Position numbers and translations under genes: made by a program. Source: a virus (lineage: Duplodnaviria > Caudoviricetes). From it: a stretch of 64,000 bases of DNA. A model generated the notes under the pieces. It had not been told where the DNA came from. It worked only from the letters and a program-made list of their open reading frames with translations, and did no database searches. The stretch lies in IMG/VR virus record IMGVR_UViG_3300035498_000356, positions 64,001 to 128,000 of that record, one strand, 5' to 3'. The stretch's first letter is position 1; the number at the start of each line of letters is the position of its first letter. Of this stretch, positions 26,519 through 36,884 are shown one piece after another.

Positions 26519-27241
26519 ATGACACTATCTGAATGGATTAAAATTCTAAATGATTTAGAATTTAAAGAAGATACATTTGATTATGTTGGATGTGAATTAA
26601 GTAAAATTACTTTAAAGCATGAGAATGAAACAATAGGTATATTTTGTTGTTATTCTGATGAATATTTAAAATATGTAAATAATCTGCCTAAAGATACAGA
26701 ATTTGTCCCAGATTATAATAAATGTGAGGTAGAAAGTATTCAAATTTTTACTAAAGAATTTGCATATCCTATCATGCATTATGATTCAAATGGCAAATTT
26801 AAAGGCTGTATAGAACTTGGATATAGATATGATAATTTTAATTCACTTACATATGATAATTTCATAAAGGCATTATGGATGTCAAGAAATCCAATTGAAG
26901 CTAAATTAGAAATAGTCGAAGGATTTATTTCTGAAGTAAGATTATTTTTGGATAAACATGGTGATGTTATTAAAAAATTAAATCTTAAAGAAGCTGGTAA
27001 TTCACTACTTAAAGTCGGTGATGCACTTAGACAAACAGAGCCTTATATAGCATATTCATGTAGTGAACATGATTACTTTGGTGTATATTTTGAATATAAT
27101 ATATTTACTGGCAAACTCATTCTTAAACAATGTAAATATAATTCACCATACGATCATGATTATGTAATTAATGCTATAAATGTGAATGATATAACTTCTG
27201 AAGAATTAGAAACAGAAATAAAATTATATATAGCCACATAG
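26519..27241 (+). CDS. Hypothetical protein
   Basis: 240-aa ORF ending TAG-TGA. Confidence 0.7.
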   Translation: MTLSEWIKILNDLEFKEDTFDYVGCELSKITLKHENETIGIFCCYSDEYLKYVNNLPKDTEFVPDYNKCEVESIQIFTKEFAYPIMHYDSNGKFKGCIELGYRYDNFNSLTYDNFIKALWMSRNPIEAKLEIVEGFISEVRLFLDKHGDVIKKLNLKEAGNSLLKVGDALRQTEPYIAYSCSEHDYFGVYFEYNIFTGKLILKQCKYNSPYDHDYVINAINVNDITSEELETEIKLYIAT

Positions 27242-28089
27242 TGAAAAATATAAGTATCATACAAACAATAACTGATAGACAAGATACCTCCTTGAAGATA
27301 TTCTTTAAGGAGATATCTAAAATACCACTTGCTGATATTAATGAAGAAATTAGATTAGCTAAACGTATTAGAAAAGGTGATATACAGGCTGCCAATAGAT
27401 TAGTAGAAGCTAATTTAAGATTTGTAATTACAGTAGCTAAACAATATCAAAATAAGGGAATTCCTCTTGTAGATCTTATTCAAATTGGAGCTATTGGATG
27501 TAGAGAAGCTGCAATGAGATGGGATGGAGAGAAAGGATATAAATTTATTTCATATGCCGTCTGGTGGATTAGGCAAGCTATTGTACATGCAATTTCTTAT
27601 CAATGTAGAACTGTAAGACTTCCAACTAGTCAAATAGTTAGTGGAAATAAAATCAATAAATATATTGAAGATTTTGAAAAAGAGAATCAAAGAGTTCCAT
27701 CGTTAGAAGAAATTAGTGATAATACTAAACTTCCAATTGACAAAATTAATTCTATACTAACTAGTAGAACTGTATCACTTGATTCTCCATTTAAAGATGA
27801 AGATACTAACACTTTGCTTGATATACTTCCAAATGAAAATATTAAAGCTACTGATGAACATATAGAACATTCTGAAACATCAGATGAATTAGAATATGTA
27901 TTATCACAATTATCTAATAGAGAAAGCGATGTTCTTAGAATGTCATTTGGTCTTGGAATGAATCCTATGCAAAATGAGGAAATTGGAAGTAGATTAGGAT
28001 TAGGAGAAGAAAGAGTGCGTCAAGTACAAAAAGAAGCTATAGAAAAAATTCAAGATAAATATAGTGATATTTTAAGAGAATTATTATGA
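27241..28089 (+). CDS. Sigma-70 family factor resembling the Bacteroidota primary sigma (lacks region 1.1)
   Basis: EANLRFVITVAKQYQNKG, DLIQ.G.IG, KFISYAVWWIRQAI, VRLP, region 4 ERVRQVQKEA. Confidence 0.92.
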   Translation: MKNISIIQTITDRQDTSLKIFFKEISKIPLADINEEIRLAKRIRKGDIQAANRLVEANLRFVITVAKQYQNKGIPLVDLIQIGAIGCREAAMRWDGEKGYKFISYAVWWIRQAIVHAISYQCRTVRLPTSQIVSGNKINKYIEDFEKENQRVPSLEEISDNTKLPIDKINSILTSRTVSLDSPFKDEDTNTLLDILPNENIKATDEHIEHSETSDELEYVLSQLSNRESDVLRMSFGLGMNPMQNEEIGSRLGLGEERVRQVQKEAIEKIQDKYSDILRELL

Positions 28090-28562
28090 TTGAAAGGAAA
28101 ATACTTGTATTGCGTGGACTTCCAGCAAGTGGAAAAACTACATACGCAAGAAAATGGATTTCAGAAGATTCTGAACAGCGAATAAGATTTAATCGTGATG
28201 ATATTAGAAATATGCTAGGAGAATATAAAGTTCCTAGTAAAGAAGATTTAATAACATCTATATATTATCATTTTCTAGATGAAGCAATGATTTCTGGATA
28301 TGATATAGTATTAGATAATATGAATCTTAATAAAACATCATTAAGTGAATTAGAAACATTTGTTAAAAATACAAATTATGACTTTGATAGAACTCCAATT
28401 GGAATACATTATACTATAGAATATAAAGATTTCTTTAATGTTCCTATAGAAACATGTATTGAACGAGATAAAGCTCGTGAAAAGCCAATAGGAGAAAATG
28501 TAATAAGAAGTATTTATAATAAATATAAAAATGATATAGCACCATGGAAGTATTTAAATTAA
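28086..28562 (+). CDS. P-loop kinase (AAA_33 / polynucleotide kinase domain)
   Basis: GLPASGKTT, NRDDIR, DNMNL, CIERD..R. Confidence 0.85.
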   Translation: MIERKILVLRGLPASGKTTYARKWISEDSEQRIRFNRDDIRNMLGEYKVPSKEDLITSIYYHFLDEAMISGYDIVLDNMNLNKTSLSELETFVKNTNYDFDRTPIGIHYTIEYKDFFNVPIETCIERDKAREKPIGENVIRSIYNKYKNDIAPWKYLN

Positions 28563-28795
28563 TCCATGATGAAAAAGTAATTGTTTGGAGAAGAAATTAT
28601 GTATCGGTAGAAGCCAATTCTAGAAAAGAAGCTATTCTAAAATTACTTGAATGTCCGAGTAACTATATAGATGATTCTGAATATTTGTTTGAAACTGAAA
28701 CAGATATTCATCATTATGATAACATTGGTCCTAATGTAGAAGTTATGGATAACAATGGTAAAACAATATATTCCGATGATATTGGAAGTATATGA
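28544..28795 (+). CDS. Hypothetical protein
   Basis: ORF track. Confidence 0.6.
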   Translation: MEVFKLIHDEKVIVWRRNYVSVEANSRKEAILKLLECPSNYIDDSEYLFETETDIHHYDNIGPNVEVMDNNGKTIYSDDIGSI

Positions 28796-31700
28796 TCTTG
28801 AATGTCTTAGGAACGTATTCACTTATACTGGATACGTTCCTAAAGAAAATAAATATTATCAATTTGTTATATGTCCTTGGAGAAACGATTTAATAGATTT
28901 ACAAAAACATCTTACTAGAGATAAGCTTGTTCAAGTAGGATATAATAATCTTAGCTATGATTATCCATTAATTCATCACATATTAAATCATTATAATGAG
29001 TATAAATATCAATCTGGATTGGAAATATCACAAGCTATCTATGCTAAATCTCAAGAAATTATTGATCAAGAATTTAGCATAATTTCCGATAAGAATTCAT
29101 ACATTCAACAGATTGATTTATATAGAATTCACCACTACAATAATAAAGCTAGAATAGCTAGTTTAAAGGATATTGAGATAGCAATGAATCTTCCTGATGT
29201 AAGAGAAATGCCTATTCATCATACTACATGGTGTAAAGAAGGAGATGAAAAGGAAATACTATCTTATAATGCTTGGGATGTATATAGCACATATCAATTT
29301 TTATTAGTAACTTTAGGTAAGACTGATTTTCCTAATTATAAAGGTAGAAATAAAATTGAATTGAGACAGAAGTTGCAATCAAAATTTAATATTCCATGTT
29401 TAAATTGGCCTGATGTAAAAATTGGAGAACAATTAATATTAAATTTATATTGTAGAAAAAATAATTGCAATATTCAAGATTTAAAAAGAAAAGGTGGAAC
29501 AAAAAGAGATAAAATTTATTTAAAAGAATGCATTCCTAAATGGGCTAATTTTCAGACTAAAGAATTTAATGAAATAAAAGATAAATTTAGTAATGCTGTC
29601 ATATCTAATATTAAAGGTGCATTTAAAGAAACTATTAATTTTCATGGAATCAATATTGATTATGGAACAGGTGGAGTCCATTCTAGCATCGAACCAGGAA
29701 TATATTCTGCTGATGATGAATGGATAATATTAGATGAGGATGTTGGTTCACTATATCCTAGTATGGCTATTCAATTAGGAATTTATCCAGAACATTTAGG
29801 AAAAGAATTTTTAGATATATATAATAATGATATAGTTTCTGTTAGATTATCAGAAAAAAGAAAACCTAAACAAGATCGCGATTTAGTAATTATGGAGGGA
29901 TATAAACTTGCCGCAAATGGTATTATAAATTTCATATTTAACATATTTTAACTAAATTAATATTAAATACGTCTTTATTTATTTGCATTTACAATTAATT
30001 TTATGTATATTTGCTTTATAACTAAAATATAAAATGATATGATTAAAATTAACTGTAACAAACACGATTTAGAAAATTGTACTGGAGTGTACATATTCAG
30101 AAACACAAAGAATGGTAAATGCTATATTGGAAGTACTGTAATGACATTTAAGAAAAGAATGGATCATCATTTATGGCATTTAAGAGAAAACAAACATAAA
30201 AATTCTCATTTCCAAAATGCATGGAATAAATATGGTGAAGATGTTTTTGAATATGATATTTTAGAGATATGCGATAAATCGGAATGCTTAAATAGAGAAC
30301 AATATTATTTAAATACTATATTATTTGCACAAGATTTTATAAATGGTAAGTCAAATGAATTCATAAAATTAGGATATAATATAAATCCGTTAGCAACTGG
30401 AACTCCTAATTTAAGTAAAGAAACAATTGAAAAAAGAACTAAAACATTTAGTGTATTTATAAAAGAAGCAAGTGCTTATTATAGTAAATTTAAAAATTTT
30501 GAAATTGATTTAGATGATATTCCTGAAAAATATATGGAAATGATTCAGAGTTGGATAAATAATGTTCCTTGGAATAAAGGAAAACATTACGAATCAACTG
30601 ATCATTTAAAAGTTCCAAAAACTATTACAGAAAAAACTATTAAAGCTAGAAAGGAAAATTCTATTAAAGCTAGAAATAAAGGAAAAAGAATTCTTGTATT
30701 TGATATAGATCATAATTATTTAGGCAAATGGAGAAGTCCTGCTGATTTACATGAATGGTCTTTATCAGATAATAATAATTATCCTTTAATTTTATCAGGC
30801 AAAGCTAAGAGTAAAGAATTGTTAGCACAAAATTTAACAAAAGCTTGTAGAACTAAAAAACCATATAAAGGTTTATATTTTGAATATGAAGATGATGCCC
30901 GTCTTAGATGCAAATCTGAGAATGAAGAGGGTAAAATCGAAGAACCCTGGGATGGGGACATCGAGTTAACTTATTCAATTACGCAAGGTGAATAAGTAAT
31001 GTAACGCGTAGCAATTGAATAAATATAATATTGCCAAGAGTATCCTCTAACCTAAATTTTAGGTTAAAAATGTACGCTGAACTTATACAAACAAAGAAGT
31101 ATAAGAATATGAAGATAAAAAACTTCATAGATAACACAATTTGATTTATGGCAAGTCAGGTGAGGAATCATCTATATTGTATGATCCACTATATACTATG
31201 AAAACAACAATTGGTGGACAAATGTTTATTAGTTTATGGACAGAAAAGTTAGTAAAAAGCATTCCTAGAATTAAATTTATACAACAAAACACGGATGGCT
31301 TGAGCTATTTGCTTCCTAGAGAGGATTTTAGCAAAGCAAAGGCAGTAGCAGAGGAGATGACACGTATAACTGGGTTGTATATTGAAGATACAATATATTC
31401 CAAAATGATTATCAGAGATGTCAACTCATATATTGCAGTATATGATGATAGTACACCAGAAAATGAACATCTCAAACTAAAAGGATGTTTTGAAATTGAT
31501 AAAGAATTTCATAAAGATCCTTCAATGAAAATTGTAGCTATTGCACTAAAGGAATATTTTGTAAATGGAATTCCTATTAGAGATACAATTTTAAATCATA
31601 CAAATATATACGATTTCTGTTTAAGGCTAAAAACTAATGCTAAGTCTATTCCAATATATACTTATGTAGATTTAGAAACTAAAGAAATATGTAACAAAAC

Positions 31701-31935
31701 ACTTGATAGAACTACTAGATATTACATATCAAATAAAGGTGGTTCTTTAAGTAAGAAGTTTAAAGAAAACGATAATGTAGTTGGTGTTAATATTGGATAT
31801 TCAGCAACTATATTTAACAAGTATATAGAAAAGGATAATTTTAAAGATTATGACATTAATTATCAATTCTATATAAATGAAGCAATGAAAATTGTAAACA
31901 CTATAGTTAAACCTTTAAGTTTATTTGACTTATGA
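28776..31935 (+). CDS. polB: Family B DNA polymerase, join(28776..29921,31144..31935), 645 aa
   Basis: Exo motifs YDLE, GYNNLSYD, YNAWDV; motif A DVGSLYPS; splicing restores motif B KLAANG|IYGKS; motif C NTDG. Confidence 0.93.
29982..30013 (+). promoter_or_regulatory. Bacteroidota-type promoter inside intron 5, upstream of the GIY-YIG ORF
   Basis: TTTG, 20-nt spacer, TATATTTG (perfect consensus), 25 nt before the ATG. Confidence 0.7.
30039..30995 (+). CDS. Intron-encoded GIY-YIG homing endonuclease
   Basis: GVYIFRNTKNGKCYIGST, REQYY, GYNI; NUMOD-like PWNKGK; C-terminal HTH; no internal TAG. Confidence 0.92.
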   Translation: MIKINCNKHDLENCTGVYIFRNTKNGKCYIGSTVMTFKKRMDHHLWHLRENKHKNSHFQNAWNKYGEDVFEYDILEICDKSECLNREQYYLNTILFAQDFINGKSNEFIKLGYNINPLATGTPNLSKETIEKRTKTFSVFIKEASAYYSKFKNFEIDLDDIPEKYMEMIQSWINNVPWNKGKHYESTDHLKVPKTITEKTIKARKENSIKARNKGKRILVFDIDHNYLGKWRSPADLHEWSLSDNNNYPLILSGKAKSKELLAQNLTKACRTKKPYKGLYFEYEDDARLRCKSENEEGKIEEPWDGDIELTYSITQGE

Positions 31936-32390
31936 GTAGTTATTTAACATTTTATGGTATTCCAAAAGACAAACAAAAGTATGATAAGATGGGAAATGTA
32001 GAAAGTGTAATTGAAATGCCTAAAGTTCCACTTAGCATTTTCTCATTTTCAAGAAGTAGTGATTTGTATCAAGCTTTTTATGAAAATATTCATATTGCTT
32101 ATTTAGGAGACAATGATCCAGAAAAAAGTTATACAGAGTTAACAACAGGTCTTGTTGAAACTGTGATAAGCGGTATTAAAGATGATATTGAAAAGGCATC
32201 TAAGAGACTTAATGAATACGAAAAACATGTATCTGATAATGCTGAGTTAATTGAAGATATAATTTCTATGAAAGAATATATTGATGATTTGAAAGACACT
32301 CTACATAGAACTTATATGATTTATTCTCTAGTAGAAGATACAACTTATTCCTGTTCCGGGTTTGAGAAAATACTTTGTAATATTGATTAA
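31932..32390 (+). CDS. Hypothetical protein
   Basis: ORF track; ATGA coupling to polB. Confidence 0.7.
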   Translation: MSSYLTFYGIPKDKQKYDKMGNVESVIEMPKVPLSIFSFSRSSDLYQAFYENIHIAYLGDNDPEKSYTELTTGLVETVISGIKDDIEKASKRLNEYEKHVSDNAELIEDIISMKEYIDDLKDTLHRTYMIYSLVEDTTYSCSGFEKILCNID

Positions 32391-32393
32391 AAA

Positions 32394-32636
32394 ATGAGCA
32401 AAATTGTAAATATAACAGTCAGTACTTCTTTAAGTACTGACTTTTATTTAGAAGTTCCTGATGATGCTTCAGAAGCTGATATAAAGAAATTAGCTGAAAA
32501 TGAAGTAACTCTACCTCACTTATATCCTGAAGTTGTAGAAGAAGTATTACGTACTAAAATGGGTATAAAAATGGATGGTCTTGATTCTATGTTGAAAGAC
32601 TGGAATGTTGATGAAGTTGAATATATAATTAATTAA
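32394..32636 (+). CDS. Hypothetical protein
   Basis: ORF track. Confidence 0.65.
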   Translation: MSKIVNITVSTSLSTDFYLEVPDDASEADIKKLAENEVTLPHLYPEVVEEVLRTKMGIKMDGLDSMLKDWNVDEVEYIIN

Positions 32637-32639
32637 TAA

Positions 32640-32837
32640 ATGGTTGCAGAACAAGTATATTGTGTTACAGTTAAGAATGGGCAATATAGTGAATTAAATA
32701 TCTACGTAATTGCTAATTCTTACAAAGAAGTTCTTGATTTTATGGAACAAAATCATAAGAATGATGAAATTCTTTGTATAAGAGAGTTTATTAAAGTTCA
32801 AAGAAATAGTTATAAAACAATAACAGTAGAGGTATGA
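32640..32837 (+). CDS. Hypothetical protein
   Basis: ORF track. Confidence 0.6.
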   Translation: MVAEQVYCVTVKNGQYSELNIYVIANSYKEVLDFMEQNHKNDEILCIREFIKVQRNSYKTITVEV

Positions 32838-33775
32838 GACTAGTAAAACCTTCTGTTGAACTTTTACAACAAAGACCTGGAGAGCAAGGAATGTTTGATA
32901 TGATAGAACTTGCTGGTAGAACTTGTTATAAAAGTGAAGATTATATTAAATATGATGAAGAAGGAAATTCTTTAACAAGTAGACAATTCTTTGATAAAGT
33001 AGTTAATAGTTATCATCATAATTCTATTTCAGAACATGGAACTGTATATATTACTGTAGATTCATGCACAGTAAAAATGATGTCCGACCCTAGAAATAAA
33101 AATTCTGAAGGAAAGGATATGTTTAATAATGTATGGAATGAATTATTACAAAGTGAATATGTTCATTATGAAATAGATGATGATATGAACTTTTGTTTTA
33201 CTACTAATTATAGATATTTACTTGAACATGATTTAGCAAAAGAAGTAGAACCATGGATTACAGAACCTTCTGAATTTCATGAGAAAAGATATTCTTTTAG
33301 AATTATATGTGACAGGGCAATAGCTAATGAATTAGTAAGACACAGGAAATTCAGTTTTAGTCAAGAATCTACAAGATATTGTAATTATAGTAAAGACAAA
33401 TTTAATAATGAACTGACTTTTATAATCCCTTATTGGATGAATCTTTACTATGACAATGTTTCTATAAATTCTGTAGGTAACAATGAAGTAATGATAAATG
33501 GAGTTGAACAAAAGCTCTATGATTTTGAAGATACTAGAACATTTGAAAGGCTAATGGAATACTCGGATTGTGAAGATAAATATCTTTTACATATTCATAA
33601 AGGTGAAAAGCCAGAAGATGTAAGAGCCATTCTTCATTTAGGTATAAAAACTGAAATAGTTATGACAGGATTTAAATCTGATTGGGATGAATTCTTTAAA
33701 AAAAGATGCGGCTCTAAAGCTCATCCTGATATGCAAATAATAGCTAACAAAATTAAAGAACTTATTTATGGATGA
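32834..33775 (+). CDS. thyX: FAD-dependent thymidylate synthase
   Basis: AGRTCYKS, HNSISEH, ELVRHRKFSFSQESTRY signature, AHPDM. Confidence 0.95.
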   Translation: MRLVKPSVELLQQRPGEQGMFDMIELAGRTCYKSEDYIKYDEEGNSLTSRQFFDKVVNSYHHNSISEHGTVYITVDSCTVKMMSDPRNKNSEGKDMFNNVWNELLQSEYVHYEIDDDMNFCFTTNYRYLLEHDLAKEVEPWITEPSEFHEKRYSFRIICDRAIANELVRHRKFSFSQESTRYCNYSKDKFNNELTFIIPYWMNLYYDNVSINSVGNNEVMINGVEQKLYDFEDTRTFERLMEYSDCEDKYLLHIHKGEKPEDVRAILHLGIKTEIVMTGFKSDWDEFFKKRCGSKAHPDMQIIANKIKELIYG

Positions 33776-33908
33776 TATAAGAGTATATTGTAAAGAATGT
33801 GGTGAAATAATGGGAGTTGACTACACAAAAGGTAAATTCTATTGTGAGAATTGTGGACACAATGTGACCGAATTAGTTAAAAAGCACTATGGAAAGAAAA
33901 GAAGTTAA
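33768..33908 (+). CDS. Small zinc-ribbon protein (46 aa), below the ORF-track cutoff
   Basis: MDDIRVYCKECGEIMGVDYTKGKFYCENCGHN... Confidence 0.65.
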   Translation: MDDIRVYCKECGEIMGVDYTKGKFYCENCGHNVTELVKKHYGKKRS

Positions 33909-34110
33909 ACAAATATTCGAGGATTTAAAAACATATTGTCCGTATTGTAATTCAGATGATCAAATATGCATAACTGAATGGGCAAATACTGAAGGCTGGG
34001 ATATAACAATTGGAAATAAATCATTTTCACTGCACAGAGACGAATTAACTGCAATTGAAACATTAACAAGAATAATGGATTATCATTATGAATCTATCAA
34101 AGTTTATTAA
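33889..34110 (+). CDS. Hypothetical protein
   Basis: ORF track; EWANTEGWDI motif. Confidence 0.65.
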   Translation: MERKEVKQIFEDLKTYCPYCNSDDQICITEWANTEGWDITIGNKSFSLHRDELTAIETLTRIMDYHYESIKVY

Positions 34111-34612
34111 TTTTCATTTTGAAAATCCATTAAGAACCTGGATGCAGGCTAGAAAATACTTTAAATTACCAAAACTTAGAATAAGGTTCTATAATAATAA
34201 TAAACCTTGGCGAGGTAGTTTACTTAGTATTGAAAGCTATGATGTAGGTTGGAAATCAAAATGGGGTTCCTCTAGATTTGAGGAATCCCCTAATATAAAT
34301 ATATGTCTATTTAATAAATTTAGAATTGAAATTTCATGGCATATGTATTATATAGATGAACTTGGAGATAAAGTAGAATGTGATGATGTATATTGGGAAT
34401 ATTTAATTGATTCTCTTGATTATAATTTTAGAACTCTTTTACATTATTCTGCTTGGCGTACAGATTCTAGACTATATCGTTATGCTTCTGGTAAAAATGA
34501 AGAAGGTAAAACTACTTATTCTCCATATCCATATGTAGTTCCATGTGTAACTATAAGTCTAAATAAAAAAGGATTAAAAAAATTAAAAGAAGAATTAAAT
34601 GAAAGAACTTAA
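34088..34612 (+). CDS. Hypothetical protein
   Basis: ORF track. Confidence 0.65.
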   Translation: MNLSKFINFHFENPLRTWMQARKYFKLPKLRIRFYNNNKPWRGSLLSIESYDVGWKSKWGSSRFEESPNINICLFNKFRIEISWHMYYIDELGDKVECDDVYWEYLIDSLDYNFRTLLHYSAWRTDSRLYRYASGKNEEGKTTYSPYPYVVPCVTISLNKKGLKKLKEELNERT

Positions 34613-35213
34613 TTTCAATACTTCCGAACAGAAAGTATTCTTTTGTTCTGATTTGCATTTCTCTCATAAAAATATAATTAAATTTTGTAAAAGACCTTGG
34701 GAAACTCCAGAAGAAATGAATAAAGCATTAATCGAAAATTGGAATAATACTGTATCTAAAGATGATATAGTATTCTGCCTTGGAGATTTTGCTTATTCTC
34801 ACTGGAAACAAATATTGCAACAATTAAATGGAACTATCTATTTAATATTAGGTAATCATGATATTAGTAGGTATCCTGGAGATAATGTAATGAAATTGTT
34901 TGCAGGAGTATATCATCAATTACGAATAACTGTAAATGGAAGGAAATTATATCTTAATCATTTTCCACTATTATGTTTTGATGGTGTATATAGACCAAAG
35001 CAAGAAATGATATGGCAATTGTTTGGTCATGTACATACACTTAAAGAAGGAAATACTGGAAAAGATTTTGAAAGACTTAATTATTTACTTCCAATGCAAT
35101 ATGATGTCGGAATTGATTTTAATGATTATAAACCTATTTCTTTTGAAGAGGTATCTGAAAAAATCAATTATCAAATTGAAAATAATGTAAATATAACTCA
35201 TTGGATAAAATGA
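34599..35213 (+). CDS. Calcineurin-like phosphoesterase
   Basis: SDLHFSH, LGDF, GNHD, NHFP, FGHVH, DVGID. Confidence 0.9.
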   Translation: MKELNFNTSEQKVFFCSDLHFSHKNIIKFCKRPWETPEEMNKALIENWNNTVSKDDIVFCLGDFAYSHWKQILQQLNGTIYLILGNHDISRYPGDNVMKLFAGVYHQLRITVNGRKLYLNHFPLLCFDGVYRPKQEMIWQLFGHVHTLKEGNTGKDFERLNYLLPMQYDVGIDFNDYKPISFEEVSEKINYQIENNVNITHWIK

Positions 35214-35476
35214 AAGCTTATTTATTTGCAAGCGAAAACAATGATCAATTTGTAAGTTTAACTAAACCTATAAGAGATAAATCTCAAGCATTAGGTTGGA
35301 TTGTTGATAGTGATTGTTTATTTATGATTGGTCCATGCGTTTCTTCTGGAATGTCGCTTAGCTTTGGAATTCTTAGTAAAGAATTACATAAAGAATTTAA
35401 AAAGCTTCCTAAGTTAAAATATTCAGATGATCCAATTGAAATTGAAATAATATCTAAAGTACATTATTATGGCTAA
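35210..35476 (+). CDS. Hypothetical protein
   Basis: ORF track 35201..35476; ATGA coupling suggests a start at 35210. Confidence 0.55.
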   Translation: MKAYLFASENNDQFVSLTKPIRDKSQALGWIVDSDCLFMIGPCVSSGMSLSFGILSKELHKEFKKLPKLKYSDDPIEIEIISKVHYYG

Positions 35477-35756
35477 TATTTGTGATAACGAAATGTATGT
35501 ATATACAGAGAATAAAGAAAATGTAGAACATATTAATGAATTTCTAAAAGAACATTTTAATAGCGAATGCACTAATATAGGAGATAATGAATATGAAGCG
35601 TTCTTTGATTCTAAATGGGATTTCCCTGAAGATTTGATGGATGAAATGGTTAAAGACATTTCCGATAAAGAACATATTTATATTCGTGTTTTATCTGTAG
35701 AATATGGATGCTTATATTGTGCTTTTCACACTTATGAAGGCGATGATTGGGAATGA
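35469..35756 (+). CDS. DUF1281/Api92-like ferredoxin-fold protein
   Basis: MANICDNEM...FDSKWDFP...EYG pattern. Confidence 0.55.
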   Translation: MANICDNEMYVYTENKENVEHINEFLKEHFNSECTNIGDNEYEAFFDSKWDFPEDLMDEMVKDISDKEHIYIRVLSVEYGCLYCAFHTYEGDDWE

Positions 35757-35944
35757 AACTTGAATTTAGTAATAAAGAAAATAAAGAAAGGATTGAGTTT
35801 ATAAACAATCACAAAGAATGTCATAAACTGAATCCTTTCAATATTAAATATATTTGTCAAGAAACTGGAATAGGAACTACAATAACAATTAGATGTACTG
35901 TGTGTCATGAATCTAAGAATATAACAGACTGTGAATCATGGTAA
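35753..35944 (+). CDS. Small Cys/His protein
   Basis: HKEC...TGIGTTITIRCTVC...ITDCESW. Confidence 0.65.
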   Translation: MKLEFSNKENKERIEFINNHKECHKLNPFNIKYICQETGIGTTITIRCTVCHESKNITDCESW

Positions 35945-36432
35945 AAGATTTAGAAAAACGCATAGAACATGCAAAAGAAATTAACAATCAAGTTGAATTA
36001 AAAGCTTTTAAAAATTTAAAAGATATAATTTTAAGCAATAGTAAAGAAGCAACTACAGAAGATGAACAATACGAAATAGCTGTTGATTATGCACGAAAAA
36101 TACAAATTCTTATTTTTCAGTTAAAAGAGGCTCATATAGACAATTGTGTTAAAGAATATACAGATGAATTAAATGTATTGAAAGAGTTCCTCAGAAGGCC
36201 TGTAAATGTTGAATTACTATATGATTCACTTCTTGATTGGTGTATTTCTGAAAAAATTTGTCCTATAAAAGTTGAATATGTTTTAATGCCAAATGGTGGA
36301 AAAACAGGTGTTAATATACACGGGATTCCAGAAAACTATTATTGGAAAGCAATTAAATATTTAAAGACTGAATTTCCTCTAATAGATGATAGATTAATTA
36401 TGGATATTATTAAAGACTGTATAATAAAATGA
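35938..36432 (+). CDS. Hypothetical protein
   Basis: ORF track. Confidence 0.65.
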   Translation: MVKDLEKRIEHAKEINNQVELKAFKNLKDIILSNSKEATTEDEQYEIAVDYARKIQILIFQLKEAHIDNCVKEYTDELNVLKEFLRRPVNVELLYDSLLDWCISEKICPIKVEYVLMPNGGKTGVNIHGIPENYYWKAIKYLKTEFPLIDDRLIMDIIKDCIIK

Positions 36433-36884
36433 ATTATAAATGCACTAGTGATGTTGTAATTAAAGGTTATAGACTTACGGAAGGAGATAAAATTGTAATT
36501 AGTGATGATAGACAATTATATAATGCTACTACTTCTGTAGATCTTAGAAATGTAGATTATTCAGATGTGCTTCCGTATTTAAAAGAAGAAACTGCATATG
36601 TTGCTCCAGAATCTAAGCTTGACACTTTTGAAAAGATTACTAATGAAATGCATGAACTTTATTTAAAAAAGAATCACGATTATGGTAATAGTTTTTCAAA
36701 ATCACTTGATGATTGGGGGTTGCAGGTTTCAGCAATTCGTTTAGAAGATAAAATGAATAGACTCAAATCTTTAATTAAAAATGGTTCATTTAAAGTTAAA
36801 GATGAAACTATACGTGATACTCTAATTGATATGGCTAATTATAGTATAATGACTTTAATGTATTTAGATAATGGCAACATATAA
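36429..36884 (+). CDS. DUF1599 / nucleotide-modification-associated domain 1 protein
   Basis: KKNHDYGNSF, RLEDKMNRL, DTLIDMANYSIM. Confidence 0.8.
   Translation: MNYKCTSDVVIKGYRLTEGDKIVISDDRQLYNATTSVDLRNVDYSDVLPYLKEETAYVAPESKLDTFEKITNEMHELYLKKNHDYGNSFSKSLDDWGLQVSAIRLEDKMNRLKSLIKNGSFKVKDETIRDTLIDMANYSIMTLMYLDNGNI

Larger units (their letters stand above)
29922..31143 (+). mobile_element. Group I intron 5 (1222 nt) in PolB motif B, with a GIY-YIG ORF in loop L1
   Basis: Exon ends in U, intron ends in G31143; ggt|att pairs with gatgcc at ~30894; P7 gcgta/tacgc. Confidence 0.9.

Noticed and set aside
3606-31143. Inteins or group II introns as the explanation for the split genes
   Set aside because: Insertions contain stop codons, lack C/S...HN intein ends and RT ORFs, and show U|...G boundaries with P1 U.G pairs and P7 elements of group I introns
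3864-31143. ORF-track starts at 3864, 5898 and 31141
   Set aside because: These GTG/TTG starts lie inside intron 3' ends; the ORFs are internal or terminal exons
694-35659. - strand and alternative-frame ORFs in the early region (e.g. 694, 3579, 6725, 6792, 12698, 12798, 17898, 21881, 24270, 30779)
   Set aside because: Fully overlap well-supported genes or intron cores; no independent coding evidence
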